Assembly (NCBI GenBank): GCA_965203445.1
Contig: OZ241883.1
Span: 192,001-256,000 of the forward strand
Direction of reading: 5' to 3'
Source of the DNA: Candidatus Oxydemutator sp.
Lineage (GTDB): Bacteria; Pseudomonadota; Gammaproteobacteria; Poriferisulfidales; Oxydemutatoraceae
DNA: 64,000 nt
In this document: piece after piece, positions 19,993 through 29,521 of the stretch
Position numbering within the stretch: position 1 is the stretch's first letter
Layout: each line of letters starts with the position of its first letter
Made by a program: the position numbers and the translations under genes
The notes under the pieces: generated by a model
What the model saw: the letters and a program-made list of their open reading frames with translations, nothing else
What the model was told of the DNA's origin: nothing
The model's database searches: none

Positions 19993-21546
19993 CTATTCGA
20001 CGCCCCTCTGCAAGCGCCTGAGCCACGGCGAGACCGCAAGCAACGCCAGCCCGAAACCGACCCCGGCGTAGAACAGCAGCTCGAACAGCCCGCGGTAGGC
20101 GTCGAGCAGCACGGCCGCCTGCGGCGCGCCGGCGCGCACGTCCACGCTGGCCATGGCCGCGAGCACGCCGGACACGTAATCGGCGAAGGCCGTCGCCAGA
20201 AACCACGTGCCCATCATCATGCCGGTCACGCGCGCCGGCGTCAGCTTCGTGATCATGGACAGGCCGACCGGCGACAGGCACAGTTCGCCGGTGGTGTGCA
20301 GCAGGTAGGCCAGGACGATCCAGATCACCGCCACCTTGCCGGCCTCGTCGGCCAGCGCGATGCCGAGCACCAGCGCGCCGAAGCCCAGCCCGGCCTGGAC
20401 GATGGCGAGCGCGAACTTCGCGGCGACGCCCGGTTCGCGCCGGCGCCGCGCAAGCGCCGCCCACAACGCGGCGAACGGCAGGCCCAACAACAGGATGAAT
20501 CCGGCGTTCAGCGACTGAAACTGCGACGCGGCGATCTCGACGCCGGCCAGCTCGCGATCCACGACGCGGTCGGTGAACAGGTTCATGGACGACCCGGCCT
20601 GCTCGAACAACGCCCAGAAACAGACCCCGCAAAACGTCAGCACGATGACCAGCGTCATGCGCGCGCGTTCGTCGCGGGTGCAGTTCTTCAGCATGTACCA
20701 GACGAAGAAACCGTAGGCCAGGGCCAGCGTGGCCACCAGCGCCTGCCCGACCAGCGGCGGGCGCTGCACCATGAACCAGGCCAGCGCGGTCAGCAGCAGC
20801 GCGCCGAGATAAATCGCCCGCTCGCGGGTAACGCCCGGGACGCCGGCGACGACCGGCTCGAGCAACCATTGCGGGCGCGGCGGCTCCATGGTGCCGGCCA
20901 GGTGGCGCCGCCCGCGCAAAAACACCAGCAGCCCCGCGACCATGCCGACGCCGGCGAGACCGAAACCGTAGCGCCAGCCGTAGAACTCGCCGATGCCGCC
21001 GACGATCAGCGTCGAAAGAAAGGCGCCCAGGTTGATGCCCATGTAGAAAATGGTAAAACCGCCGTCGCGGCGCGCGTCGCCCTCGGCGTAGAGTCTGCCG
21101 ACGGCGCTCGAGACGCTGGGCTTGAGAAAGCCGACGCCGGCGATGATCAGCGCGAGCGACAGATAGAAAATCTGCTCGACGGCGTCGTCGCGCCGCACCT
21201 CGCCGGCGACGACGACCGCGGGATCGCCCTCGACCGCCATCCCCAGATGGCCCAGCGACAGCAGCACGCCGCCGAGCACGACGGCCTTGCGAAATCCGAG
21301 CCAGCGGTCGGCGACGATGCCGCCGATGACCGGCAGCGCATAGACCATTCCCAGATAGGCGCCGTAGATATGGCCGGCTTCCTGGTCGGAAAACAGAAAG
21401 TGCCGCGTCAGGTAGAGCACCAGCAGCGCGCGCATACCGTAGAACGAAAAGCGCTCCCACATCTCGGTCGCGAACAGGACGTACAGCCCGCGCGGGTGGC
21501 CGAACGGCTCTCCCGGCGACGTCGCGGCGCGGATCGTGGCGGTCAT
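19993..21546 (-). CDS. POT/PTR family proton-dependent oligopeptide transporter
   Basis: EMWERFSFYGM (ExxERFxYY-like), FYMGINLG, GELCLSPVGLS. Confidence 0.94.
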   Translation of the reverse strand: MTATIRAATSPGEPFGHPRGLYVLFATEMWERFSFYGMRALLVLYLTRHFLFSDQEAGHIYGAYLGMVYALPVIGGIVADRWLGFRKAVVLGGVLLSLGHLGMAVEGDPAVVVAGEVRRDDAVEQIFYLSLALIIAGVGFLKPSVSSAVGRLYAEGDARRDGGFTIFYMGINLGAFLSTLIVGGIGEFYGWRYGFGLAGVGMVAGLLVFLRGRRHLAGTMEPPRPQWLLEPVVAGVPGVTRERAIYLGALLLTALAWFMVQRPPLVGQALVATLALAYGFFVWYMLKNCTRDERARMTLVIVLTFCGVCFWALFEQAGSSMNLFTDRVVDRELAGVEIAASQFQSLNAGFILLLGLPFAALWAALARRRREPGVAAKFALAIVQAGLGFGALVLGIALADEAGKVAVIWIVLAYLLHTTGELCLSPVGLSMITKLTPARVTGMMMGTWFLATAFADYVSGVLAAMASVDVRAGAPQAAVLLDAYRGLFELLFYAGVGFGLALLAVSPWLRRLQRGVE

Positions 21547-21607
21547 CGTGGTCTTAGGTCGGGGCAGGCAATTTTCGCGGCAGGCGCACGTTCCGGCAAC
21601 GCCGGGC

Positions 21608-21613
21608 TATAAT
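21608..21613 (+). promoter_or_regulatory. -10 box of tRNA promoter
   Basis: TATAAT 10 nt upstream of the tRNA. Confidence 0.6.
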
Positions 21614-21623
21614 AACGCGCCGC

Positions 21624-21706
21624 GCCGGGGTGGCGGAACGGCAGACGCGCCGGACTCAAAATCCGGTGGGGTAACACCCGTGTGGGTTCGAATCCCACCC
21701 CCGGTA
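21624..21706 (+). tRNA. tRNA-Leu (CAA)
   Basis: Acceptor GCCGGGG/CCCCGGT+A; anticodon arm CCGGA-CTCAAAA-TCCGG; long variable arm; T arm GTGGG-TTCGAAT-CCCAC; CCA not encoded. Confidence 0.95.
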
Positions 21707-21773
21707 GCAAGCCGACCACGGGCCTGCGTCCGGTTCGCGGGCCGCGCCACCGCGCGCAAAAGACGAACCCGGA

Positions 21774-22307
21774 TCAACGCGCGTCGCGGCGCTCGCGCAG
21801 CGCCCCGACGAAGGGCAGATGGCGCCAGCGTTCATCGCAGTCGAGACCGTAGCCGACGACGAAACGGTCGCCGACGGTGAAGCCGACGTAATCGGCGCGC
21901 ACGTCCGCGCGGCGGCGCGCGGGCTTGTCCAGCAGCGTAACGACGCGCACCGACGCGGCGCGCGCGCCGAAATAGTTCAGCAGCCATCGCAGCGACGCAC
22001 CGGTATCTACGACGTCCTCGACGAGCACGACGTCGCGCCCGGCGCAGTCGGCGCGCGGCGCGCTTTGCAGCGTGACGCCGCCGGCCTCGCGCCCTCGATA
22101 GCTGGCGAGGCGCACGAAGTCGCACTGCACCTCCGTGCCGACGCGGCGCACCAGATCCGCCATGAACACCCAGGCGCCGGTCAGCACGCCAATGAACAAC
22201 GGCACGCCGGCGTCCGGCAGGTCGCGCGAAAGTTCCCGCGCCAACTCGCCGACGCGCGTCTCGATCCGCGCCGCCGTGAACAAAACCTCGACCGGATCGT
22301 CCGTCAC
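21774..22307 (-). CDS. hpt: hypoxanthine phosphoribosyltransferase
   Basis: GVLTGAWVFMADL, PRPP loop VVLVEDVVDTG, LLDKPARR, FVVGYGLD. Confidence 0.9.
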   Translation of the reverse strand: MTDDPVEVLFTAARIETRVGELARELSRDLPDAGVPLFIGVLTGAWVFMADLVRRVGTEVQCDFVRLASYRGREAGGVTLQSAPRADCAGRDVVLVEDVVDTGASLRWLLNYFGARAASVRVVTLLDKPARRRADVRADYVGFTVGDRFVVGYGLDCDERWRHLPFVGALRERRDAR

Positions 22308-23116
22308 TTTGCGGTGGCGCCGGTCAAGGCGTCGAGCACGATGCGCACGGCGGCGCGGTCCCTGGCGTCGCGGCGGCGGCTTTTCTCGCGCGCGGCGGTG
22401 TTGGACATGAACGATTTCTTCAGCGGCCACACGTCCGACACCACGAACAACGCGCCCGCCGCTATGCCGGCCACGGCCGCGGCGCCGCACACCGCGGAAC
22501 CTTCCATGTCGACGCCGATGCAGCCGTGTTCGGCGGCCATCCGCTCGAGATGCGGAAACTGCAACACGAGGCTGTCCACGCTGGCGACGACGCCGCGATG
22601 CAGCACCGGATCGCGCCCGCCGCCGCAGCGTTTGCGCGCGGCCGCGGCGACGCGCCGCGACAACTCCGGCGCGGGCGCAATCGGCGTGAACAGACAATCG
22701 GCCAGATCGGGCGCGAGGTAGCGCGAAAAACCCTCGCCGCGCAGCATTTTCTCCGGCAGCAACAGATCGCCGATGCGCATGTTCGCGTCAAGGCCGCCGG
22801 CGGAACCGGTCAGCATCAGCAGCTCGCACGGCGTGCACGCGAGCGCCGCGACGACGTCGCCGGTGCGCGCCGCGCCGATACCGGGGCACAGCAGCGTCAC
22901 CGCCTCGTCGCGGTAGCGCAGCTCCCAGACCAAACCCTCGACCAGCGTATCCAGCCGTTGCGCGCACCGCCCGAAAACCTCGCCGCCCCAGATGGGCGAC
23001 AGCACCACTTTGCGCCGAATCCGCCGCGGCTCGCAGCGCAGCAAAGCCCGGACGACGTCGGCGGCGGCGACGCCGTAGTCGTCCAGACGCAAAAAAGCGG
23101 GCAGACCCTTCGCCAT
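22304..23116 (-). CDS. nucleoside phosphorylase family protein (PNP/UDP-1)
   Basis: PGIGA, LTGSAGGL, IGDLLLP, IGVDMEGSA, LFVVSD. Confidence 0.75.
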   Translation of the reverse strand: MAKGLPAFLRLDDYGVAAADVVRALLRCEPRRIRRKVVLSPIWGGEVFGRCAQRLDTLVEGLVWELRYRDEAVTLLCPGIGAARTGDVVAALACTPCELLMLTGSAGGLDANMRIGDLLLPEKMLRGEGFSRYLAPDLADCLFTPIAPAPELSRRVAAAARKRCGGGRDPVLHRGVVASVDSLVLQFPHLERMAAEHGCIGVDMEGSAVCGAAAVAGIAAGALFVVSDVWPLKKSFMSNTAAREKSRRRDARDRAAVRIVLDALTGATAK

Positions 23117-23139
23117 GAACCGGTCGCAACGGCGGCCGT

Positions 23140-24681
23140 TCAGGCGCGCGCCTCGCGGCGCAGCGCCATCCAGACGCATACCATCATACCCAGAAGCACG
23201 AAGGCGAACGGCAGCCCGGTGATCAACGACGCCGCCTGCAACGACGTCAGGCCGCCGCCCAACAGCAACGCGATCGCGACCAGTCCCTCGAGGCCGCACC
23301 AGAACACGTGCTGCGCCCTGGGCGTGCCCAGCTTGCCGCCCGCCGAGATGTTGTTGACGACCAGCGAGGCGGAGTCCGACGACGTGATGAAGAACACCAT
23401 CAGCAGGATGACGCTGGCGAAGGAGATCAGGCCGGCCAGCGGCAGCCGCTCGAGCATCTTGAACAGCACCAGTTCGGGGCGCCACGCGGCTATCGCCTCG
23501 GTCACGCCGGTGTAGCCCTCGACGATGAACTGGTGCAGCGCGGTGCCGCCGAAGATGCCCATCCACAACAGACAGCACAGCGTCGGCAGCAGCAGCACCC
23601 CGATCACGAACTCGCGGATCGTGCGTCCTTTCGAGACGCGCGCGATGAACATGCCGACGGCCGGCGCCCACGCGATCCACCAGGCCCAGTAAAACGTCGT
23701 CCAGCCGTGCATGAAATCGAGGTCGCGGCGCCCCACCCAGTTGCTCAGCGGCACGAACTTGGCGGCATAGTCGACCAGGCCGGCGCGCAGGCCGTCGAAG
23801 ATGTACAGGGTCGGCCCGGCCGCCAGCACGAACAGCGCCAGCGCCAGCGCCAGCAGCGCGTTGAACTGGCTCAGGCGCTTGATGCCGACGTCGATCCCCG
23901 CCAGCACCGAGATCGTGGCGCAGGCGGTGACGACGACGATGAACGCCACCTGGGCGAACTCGTTCGACGGCACCCCAAACAGGTAGTTGAGGCCGGCCAC
24001 GGCCTGCCCGGCGCCGATGCCGAGCGACGTGGCCAGGCCGAACAGGGTGGCGAAGATCGCGAGCACGTCCACGACGTGCCCCGGCCACCCCCAGACGCGC
24101 TCGCCGAACAGCGGCTGGAAGGCCGAGCGGATGGTCAGCGGCAGCCCCCGGTTGTACGCGAAAAACGCAAGGCTCAGACCGACGGTCGCGTAGAACGACC
24201 ACGCCGACAGTCCCCAGTGAAAGGTCGAGGCGGATATGCCGATGGCGCGCGCCGCCTCGGTGTCGGCGGGGTCTATGCCGAGCGGCGGTTTGCGGTAGTA
24301 GTACACCGGCTCGAGCACGCCGTAGAACAACAGGCCGATGGCGACGCCGGCGGTGAACAACATCGAAAACCAGGCGCTGCGGGAGTATTCGGGGCGCGCC
24401 CGCGCGCCGCCGAGGCGCACGCGGCCCAGCGGCGACAGCACCAGGAACAGACAGAACAGGAACAGCAGGTTGCCGACGCCCATGAACACCCAGTCAAACT
24501 GCGTGGTGATGTCCACGCGCAACCCGCCCAACAATTCCGCGGCGCGCTCCCTGAACACCAGGGCCGCAAGGATGAACGCCACGGTGACGACCGACGAGAC
24601 CACGAACACCGGGGCGTTGACGTCGAAACCGGGCATCCGGACGTTGCCGCTCCCGGCTTGAGGTGCCGGCACGGTGTCCAT
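23140..24681 (-). CDS. BCCT family transporter
   Basis: FHWGLSAW, WTTFYWAWWIAWAP, FIARVSKGRTIREF, FFITSSDS. Confidence 0.93.
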   Translation of the reverse strand: MDTVPAPQAGSGNVRMPGFDVNAPVFVVSSVVTVAFILAALVFRERAAELLGGLRVDITTQFDWVFMGVGNLLFLFCLFLVLSPLGRVRLGGARARPEYSRSAWFSMLFTAGVAIGLLFYGVLEPVYYYRKPPLGIDPADTEAARAIGISASTFHWGLSAWSFYATVGLSLAFFAYNRGLPLTIRSAFQPLFGERVWGWPGHVVDVLAIFATLFGLATSLGIGAGQAVAGLNYLFGVPSNEFAQVAFIVVVTACATISVLAGIDVGIKRLSQFNALLALALALFVLAAGPTLYIFDGLRAGLVDYAAKFVPLSNWVGRRDLDFMHGWTTFYWAWWIAWAPAVGMFIARVSKGRTIREFVIGVLLLPTLCCLLWMGIFGGTALHQFIVEGYTGVTEAIAAWRPELVLFKMLERLPLAGLISFASVILLMVFFITSSDSASLVVNNISAGGKLGTPRAQHVFWCGLEGLVAIALLLGGGLTSLQAASLITGLPFAFVLLGMMVCVWMALRREARA

Positions 24682-24684
24682 CGC

Positions 24685-26070
24685 CTATCGGTAGAGATCG
24701 AAGTAGTAGCGCACGTTGACGTTGTAGCGCTTGTGCCAACGGTCGTTGCCGTTGGCGCCGACGTGGTTGACGCCGTAGAGGCTGGTGTAGTCGTCCCCTT
24801 CGTTGCCGATGAAGAAGTTGCCCTTGGCCACGCCCACCTCGGTATAGACGTACAGGTCGCCGCTGAAATCCCACACCGCCCCGCCCGTCCACGTCGGGCT
24901 GTGTGCAAGACCGCTCCTGGTCTTCATCAGCGCGCTCCACTCGACAAACGGCGTGACGCCGTCCAGCCACGACAGCCCGGAGACGTCCGCGCCCCGGTAG
25001 CGCAGCGACAGCGCCGGTATCCAGCCCGCGGCCGCCACCGGCCACGCAAAATCATACGCGCCCATCGGGATCAGATCGCCGGTTCCCCACGGCGTGTCGT
25101 CGGTGACGTCGTACTCGTAGTAGGTGATCTGCGAAAGCAGAGAAAAATCGCCGAGCGCGTTCTCGGCGTGCATCGAGACCGCAAAATGATCGGCGCCGTC
25201 GTCCTCGACGTTGGTTCCGTCGAGCAGCCCGTATTGAAAGGACGCCCCCACGGTGCCGTAGTCCGCGGTCGCGTAGAGCAGGCGCAGGTTGAACTGGTGC
25301 CGCTCCTCGAAACCGTTGCGGCCGCAGGCGAAGACGGCACCGGCGGCGTCGGCGCAACTGCTCCAGCGCACCGGGTCGTAGCTGTAGCGCGCACTGTCGC
25401 GGCTGTCGCCGTCCCAGTGTCCCTCGTCGGCCAGATAGTAGGCGGCGTCGACGGTCACCTCGCCGAAGGATTTGGTCCAGCGCACGCCGAAGTCCCTGTC
25501 GTCGGACAGGCCGACGTAGAAATGCTGGTCGAAAAACCAGCTGGTCGAGACTCCCCACGGCCCGGGGCCGAAGGGCACGCGTACGATGCCGGCCTTGAAC
25601 GTGCCGTAGTCCCGTGAGCGGTAGCCGAGCCACGCCGTGTGCATCATCGCGTAGGTGTCATAAAACCGGTATTCGGCCCTGCCGATAACGTTGCCGCGCT
25701 CGAGGTCGGCGTGAAAACGCAGCAACTCCAGGTCGACGTCGCCGATTTTGTCGCCTCTGCGGGTCGGGCGGCGGGTGTCGTTGTCGCGGTAGTCGCCGTA
25801 AACGTAGTTGACGCCCAACGCGCCGCCGACGCTCAGCGGTTTTTTCCGCGGCGCCGGCTTCGCGGCGGCACGGCGCGCCTCGGACTCGGCCAGCCGGCGA
25901 CGCGTCTCGGCCAACTCGCGCGTAAGCTCGCCGATGCGCTCGCGCAAAACCTCGACGTCATCGGCCGCGGCCGCACGCGGCGACGGCGGCCAGGCGAGCA
26001 GCAACGAGACGGCGCAACCGGCGGCAAACCATCCCTTGTATATACGCTTAACGTGCATGAACGCGGACAA
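24685..26070 (-). CDS. outer-membrane porin-like beta-barrel protein
   Basis: Signal peptide, short coiled coil, aromatic-rich beta strands, C-terminal YNVNVRYYF; adjacent to the BCCT gene. Confidence 0.7.
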   Translation of the reverse strand: MSAFMHVKRIYKGWFAAGCAVSLLLAWPPSPRAAAADDVEVLRERIGELTRELAETRRRLAESEARRAAAKPAPRKKPLSVGGALGVNYVYGDYRDNDTRRPTRRGDKIGDVDLELLRFHADLERGNVIGRAEYRFYDTYAMMHTAWLGYRSRDYGTFKAGIVRVPFGPGPWGVSTSWFFDQHFYVGLSDDRDFGVRWTKSFGEVTVDAAYYLADEGHWDGDSRDSARYSYDPVRWSSCADAAGAVFACGRNGFEERHQFNLRLLYATADYGTVGASFQYGLLDGTNVEDDGADHFAVSMHAENALGDFSLLSQITYYEYDVTDDTPWGTGDLIPMGAYDFAWPVAAAGWIPALSLRYRGADVSGLSWLDGVTPFVEWSALMKTRSGLAHSPTWTGGAVWDFSGDLYVYTEVGVAKGNFFIGNEGDDYTSLYGVNHVGANGNDRWHKRYNVNVRYYFDLYR

Positions 26071-26104
26071 TGGGGCGATACGATAACACGTCCGGGGGCG
26101 CCGC

Positions 26105-27430
26105 CTAAGCGCGGCACGCGCGCGGCGCGTACGGGTTCGGCGTCGCGTGAAACTCGAGCGAGACCGGGGTGCCGGTCAAACGCAGTTCCTTGCGCAGGTA
26201 CGCGGCGAGATAGCGCTTGTAATCCGGCGCCAGCCGGTGCACGCGGCTGCCGTGGATCACGAAGTGCGGCGGATGGCTGCCGCCCTGGTGCATGTAGCGC
26301 AGTTTGACCGCGCCGCGCACGGCCGGCGGCGGGTGGCGCGCGAGCGCGGCCTGCAACAGGCGGTTGCACTCGGGCGTCGGCACGCGCACCGAGGCCTGGT
26401 CCCACGCCGACACGGCCGCGCGCAGCAGGCCGGCCACGCCGTCGCCGCGCAACGCCGACACGCGGCGCACCTCGACGTAGTCGAGAAAACGCAGGCGCGT
26501 ATCCACGCTGCGGCGGACTTCGGCCTCGCCGCGCGCGGCCACCAGGTCCCACTTGTTGAGCGCCACGACCAGCGCGCGCCCGTGCTCGACGACGCGCGCC
26601 GCAAGATTCGCGTCCTGGTCGGTCACGCCCGCGCCGGCGTCGCACATCAGCACCGCGACGCCGGCGGAATAGACGTTCTCCAGCGTCTTCAACGTGCTGA
26701 TCTTCTCGGCGCCGGCGGAGGTCCTGGCGCGGCGGCGGACGCCGGCGGTGTCCACCAGCGTCAGCGCGCGCCCGCGGAACGAAAACGGCACCGCGATCGC
26801 GTCGCGCGTCGTGCCCGGTTCGTCGCAGGTCACCAGGCGCTCGTCTTGCAGCAGGCGGTTGATCAGCGTGGACTTGCCGGCGTTGGGGCGTCCTATGAAC
26901 GCGACGCGCACGCGGTGCCCGGCGGCGGCGCAAGCCTCGCCGCCGCGCCCCAACAGCTCGCGCGCGAGCAGGCCGACGCCGGCGGAGGTCGCGCGCCGCG
27001 CCGACGTGCAGAACACCGGCGCGACGCCGAGCGCGGCGAACTCGCCGACGAGCGCGCCGCGCTCGCGCCCGTCGCTCTTGTTGACGATAAGCCACGACGG
27101 CTTGCCGCATCTGCGCAGTTCGGCGGCGAGCAGTTCATCGCCGGGCGTCACACCCTCGGCGGCGCTGACGACGAGACAGACGAGGTCGGCTTCGGCGACG
27201 GCGAAGCGCGTCTGCGCCTCGACCGGTTCGGCGACGGCACCGTCCTCACCGGCGATGCCGCCGGTGTCGGCGAGCAACAGCGCGCGCGAGTCGCGGCGCA
27301 CGACACCGTAGTGGCGGTCGCGGGTAAGGCCCGGCGACGCCGACACGATGGCCGCGCGGCTTCTCGTCAGCGCGTTGAACAACGTGGATTTGCCGACGTT
27401 GGCGCGGCCCAGCAGCGCGACCTTGAACAT
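26105..27430 (-). CDS. der: ribosome biogenesis GTPase Der
   Basis: Two G domains (GRANVGKS/DTGG; GRPNAGKS/DTAG), YMHQGG..PP. Confidence 0.95.
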   Translation of the reverse strand: MFKVALLGRANVGKSTLFNALTRSRAAIVSASPGLTRDRHYGVVRRDSRALLLADTGGIAGEDGAVAEPVEAQTRFAVAEADLVCLVVSAAEGVTPGDELLAAELRRCGKPSWLIVNKSDGRERGALVGEFAALGVAPVFCTSARRATSAGVGLLARELLGRGGEACAAAGHRVRVAFIGRPNAGKSTLINRLLQDERLVTCDEPGTTRDAIAVPFSFRGRALTLVDTAGVRRRARTSAGAEKISTLKTLENVYSAGVAVLMCDAGAGVTDQDANLAARVVEHGRALVVALNKWDLVAARGEAEVRRSVDTRLRFLDYVEVRRVSALRGDGVAGLLRAAVSAWDQASVRVPTPECNRLLQAALARHPPPAVRGAVKLRYMHQGGSHPPHFVIHGSRVHRLAPDYKRYLAAYLRKELRLTGTPVSLEFHATPNPYAPRACRA

Positions 27431-27439
27431 CGCGCGAAC

Positions 27440-28660
27440 TCACCGTTTGCGGCCGCGCGGGCCGGCGACGGTCACCACCGTCAGGTCGCCGTCGCGGTCG
27501 AGCACCGCGACCTCGCGCCGCCCGGCGACGCGCGGCGGCGCCAGCGGCGACGACGCGACGTCGGTAAACTCGAGCAGCGCGCCGCTGTTGCGCGACAGCC
27601 AGTAGAGGTCGCCGCGCCCGGTGCCGACGACGACCAGCGGCCCCAGGCGCAGCGGCGCGCCCAGGTTGGCCCGCGACAGCCGCTCGTTGACCCACAACTC
27701 GCGCCCGCTGTAGCGATCGTACGCGGCGACGCGGTTGTCGACGGTAACCACGTACACGTTGTCGTCGTCCACCTCCAGCCCGGAGTGCGACGACAGGGGC
27801 ACGCTCCACAGCAACTTGCCGCGCTTTACGTCGACCGCGATCATGCGTCCCTGGTAGGCGACGGCGTAGAAGAAGCCGCCGCGCACGACCATGCGCCCGT
27901 CTATGTCGACGATGCGGTCGAGGTCGCTGGCGCCGGCGCCGATACCGAGTTTCATCCGCTGTACAACGTTGCCGCTTTCGAGGTCGAAGACCAGCAGGCG
28001 CCCGCTGTCGAAACCGACGAACATCAGCTGCTGGTAAAACACCGGCGCGCTCATGCCCTTCAGCGTCAGCGACGGCAGCCGCTCCTGGAAACTCCAGTGC
28101 TTCTCGCCGTCCTCGGCGGCGAGCACGAAAACGCCGCCGTCGGCGGTGCGCACCGCGACGCGCCCGCGATGCACCGCGGAGATTGCGGCCACGTCCTCGC
28201 CGACGTCGCGCCGCCAGACTTCGGCGCCCGAATCCGCGGCCAGCGCGACCACCTCGCCCGCGCCCGTGGCCACCAGCAGCACGCCGTCGCCGCCGCCGAC
28301 GCCGGCGCCGATCGAGACGCCGAGATCGGTGCGCCACAGAAGCTCGCCGTCGGCCGCGGCCAGCGCGGTCACGCGACCTTCGCCGTCGCTGACGTAGATG
28401 CGCCGCTCCTCCACCAGCGGCGACAGCGCCGCGTACTCGTCGCCCGAACCCGCGCCGACGGAACGCGACCACAGCGTCTTGACCACCAGGCGCGAGGGCA
28501 CCTCGGTGACGTAACCGTCGTCCTCGAACCAGCCGTCGAACGCGCCGACGCCGCCGCAGCCGGACACCGACAGCGCGGCGGCGACGAACAACGTCCGCGA
28601 CTTCGCACCCGGCGCGCGCGCGCGCGCGCGCGGACGGCGGCGGCGGCGCCACGCGCTCAT
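27440..28660 (-). CDS. bamB: outer membrane assembly lipoprotein BamB
   Basis: Lipobox VSGC, PQQ-like beta-propeller repeats, RIVDID; synteny with der and yfgM. Confidence 0.88.
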   Translation of the reverse strand: MSAWRRRRRPRARARAPGAKSRTLFVAAALSVSGCGGVGAFDGWFEDDGYVTEVPSRLVVKTLWSRSVGAGSGDEYAALSPLVEERRIYVSDGEGRVTALAAADGELLWRTDLGVSIGAGVGGGDGVLLVATGAGEVVALAADSGAEVWRRDVGEDVAAISAVHRGRVAVRTADGGVFVLAAEDGEKHWSFQERLPSLTLKGMSAPVFYQQLMFVGFDSGRLLVFDLESGNVVQRMKLGIGAGASDLDRIVDIDGRMVVRGGFFYAVAYQGRMIAVDVKRGKLLWSVPLSSHSGLEVDDDNVYVVTVDNRVAAYDRYSGRELWVNERLSRANLGAPLRLGPLVVVGTGRGDLYWLSRNSGALLEFTDVASSPLAPPRVAGRREVAVLDRDGDLTVVTVAGPRGRKR

Positions 28661-29505
28661 CGCATCATGTTCGGTACGCCGGTGTCGCCGGGAGCTTCGA
28701 CGGGCGCCTGCGGCGTCCTTCCCAACCCGCCCTCGTCGGACGCCGGGGCGCCCAGGGTCTGCAACTTCATCTCGATGAACCCCTGCTGATCCGACAGTTT
28801 CGACAGCGCCTCGCGGTAGGCCTCGATTGCCTGGCCGGGGCGCCGCTGCGCGTTGAGGACGTCGCCGTTGACGTCGCCGACGACGGCGTCGAAACCGCGC
28901 GGAAAATCGTTGTCTATCAGCACGTCGGCGGCTTCCTCGGTGTTGCCCATCTCGAGCAGGACGCGCATCAGCCGCACCAGCGCCAGCGCCTTGAATTCCT
29001 CCTGGTCGGCGTTGTCGGCGGCCCACCGCAGGCGTTGCGCGGCCGCCGCCAGGTCGCCGGCCTCGACGTGCACTCTCGCCAGCGCCAGCGCCGCTAGCAC
29101 CGGATACGGCGTGTCCCCGAAGCCGTCGTGCAAATCGGCGAACAAACGCGCGGCGGCCTCGTGCGCCTCCGATTGCGTGGACGCTCGCGGCGGCGGCGCG
29201 GCGTCCTCATCGTCGGCGTCGGCGGCGAACGACTCCGCCGCGGGCACGGCGTCCTCGACTTGTTCGAGCAACTCGGCGTAGACGCCCGCGGCCTCGCGCA
29301 TCGTCATCTGATGACCGTGTTCCCACACCCGCCAGCCGCCGACCGCGGCCAGGCCGATGACGGCGCTGACGACGAGATACACGCCGTTCTCGTGCCACCA
29401 TAGCTTCAGCGCCTCGAGCGTATCGTCGCCGCCGCCGCCGGCCGCGTCGCGCGGTGGCTTGCCGCGCGGCGCGGCCGGCGGCGCGGCGTTGTTCGGTTTC
29501 GCCAT
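28657..29505 (-). CDS. yfgM: YfgM-family TPR membrane protein
   Basis: LKLWWHENG plus TM, TPR helices; synteny. Confidence 0.85.
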   Translation of the reverse strand: MAKPNNAAPPAAPRGKPPRDAAGGGGDDTLEALKLWWHENGVYLVVSAVIGLAAVGGWRVWEHGHQMTMREAAGVYAELLEQVEDAVPAAESFAADADDEDAAPPPRASTQSEAHEAAARLFADLHDGFGDTPYPVLAALALARVHVEAGDLAAAAQRLRWAADNADQEEFKALALVRLMRVLLEMGNTEEAADVLIDNDFPRGFDAVVGDVNGDVLNAQRRPGQAIEAYREALSKLSDQQGFIEMKLQTLGAPASDEGGLGRTPQAPVEAPGDTGVPNMMR

Positions 29506-29521
29506 CGTCAATGCACCCGGA

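Noticed and set aside
21624-21780. tRNA as an integration site
   Set aside because: No integrase and no duplicated tRNA 3' end seen; hpt follows immediately.
28612-28631. (GC)10 tract near the bamB start as a phase-variation switch
   Set aside because: GC dinucleotide runs are frequent in this genome, the frame is intact, and the true start is uncertain.
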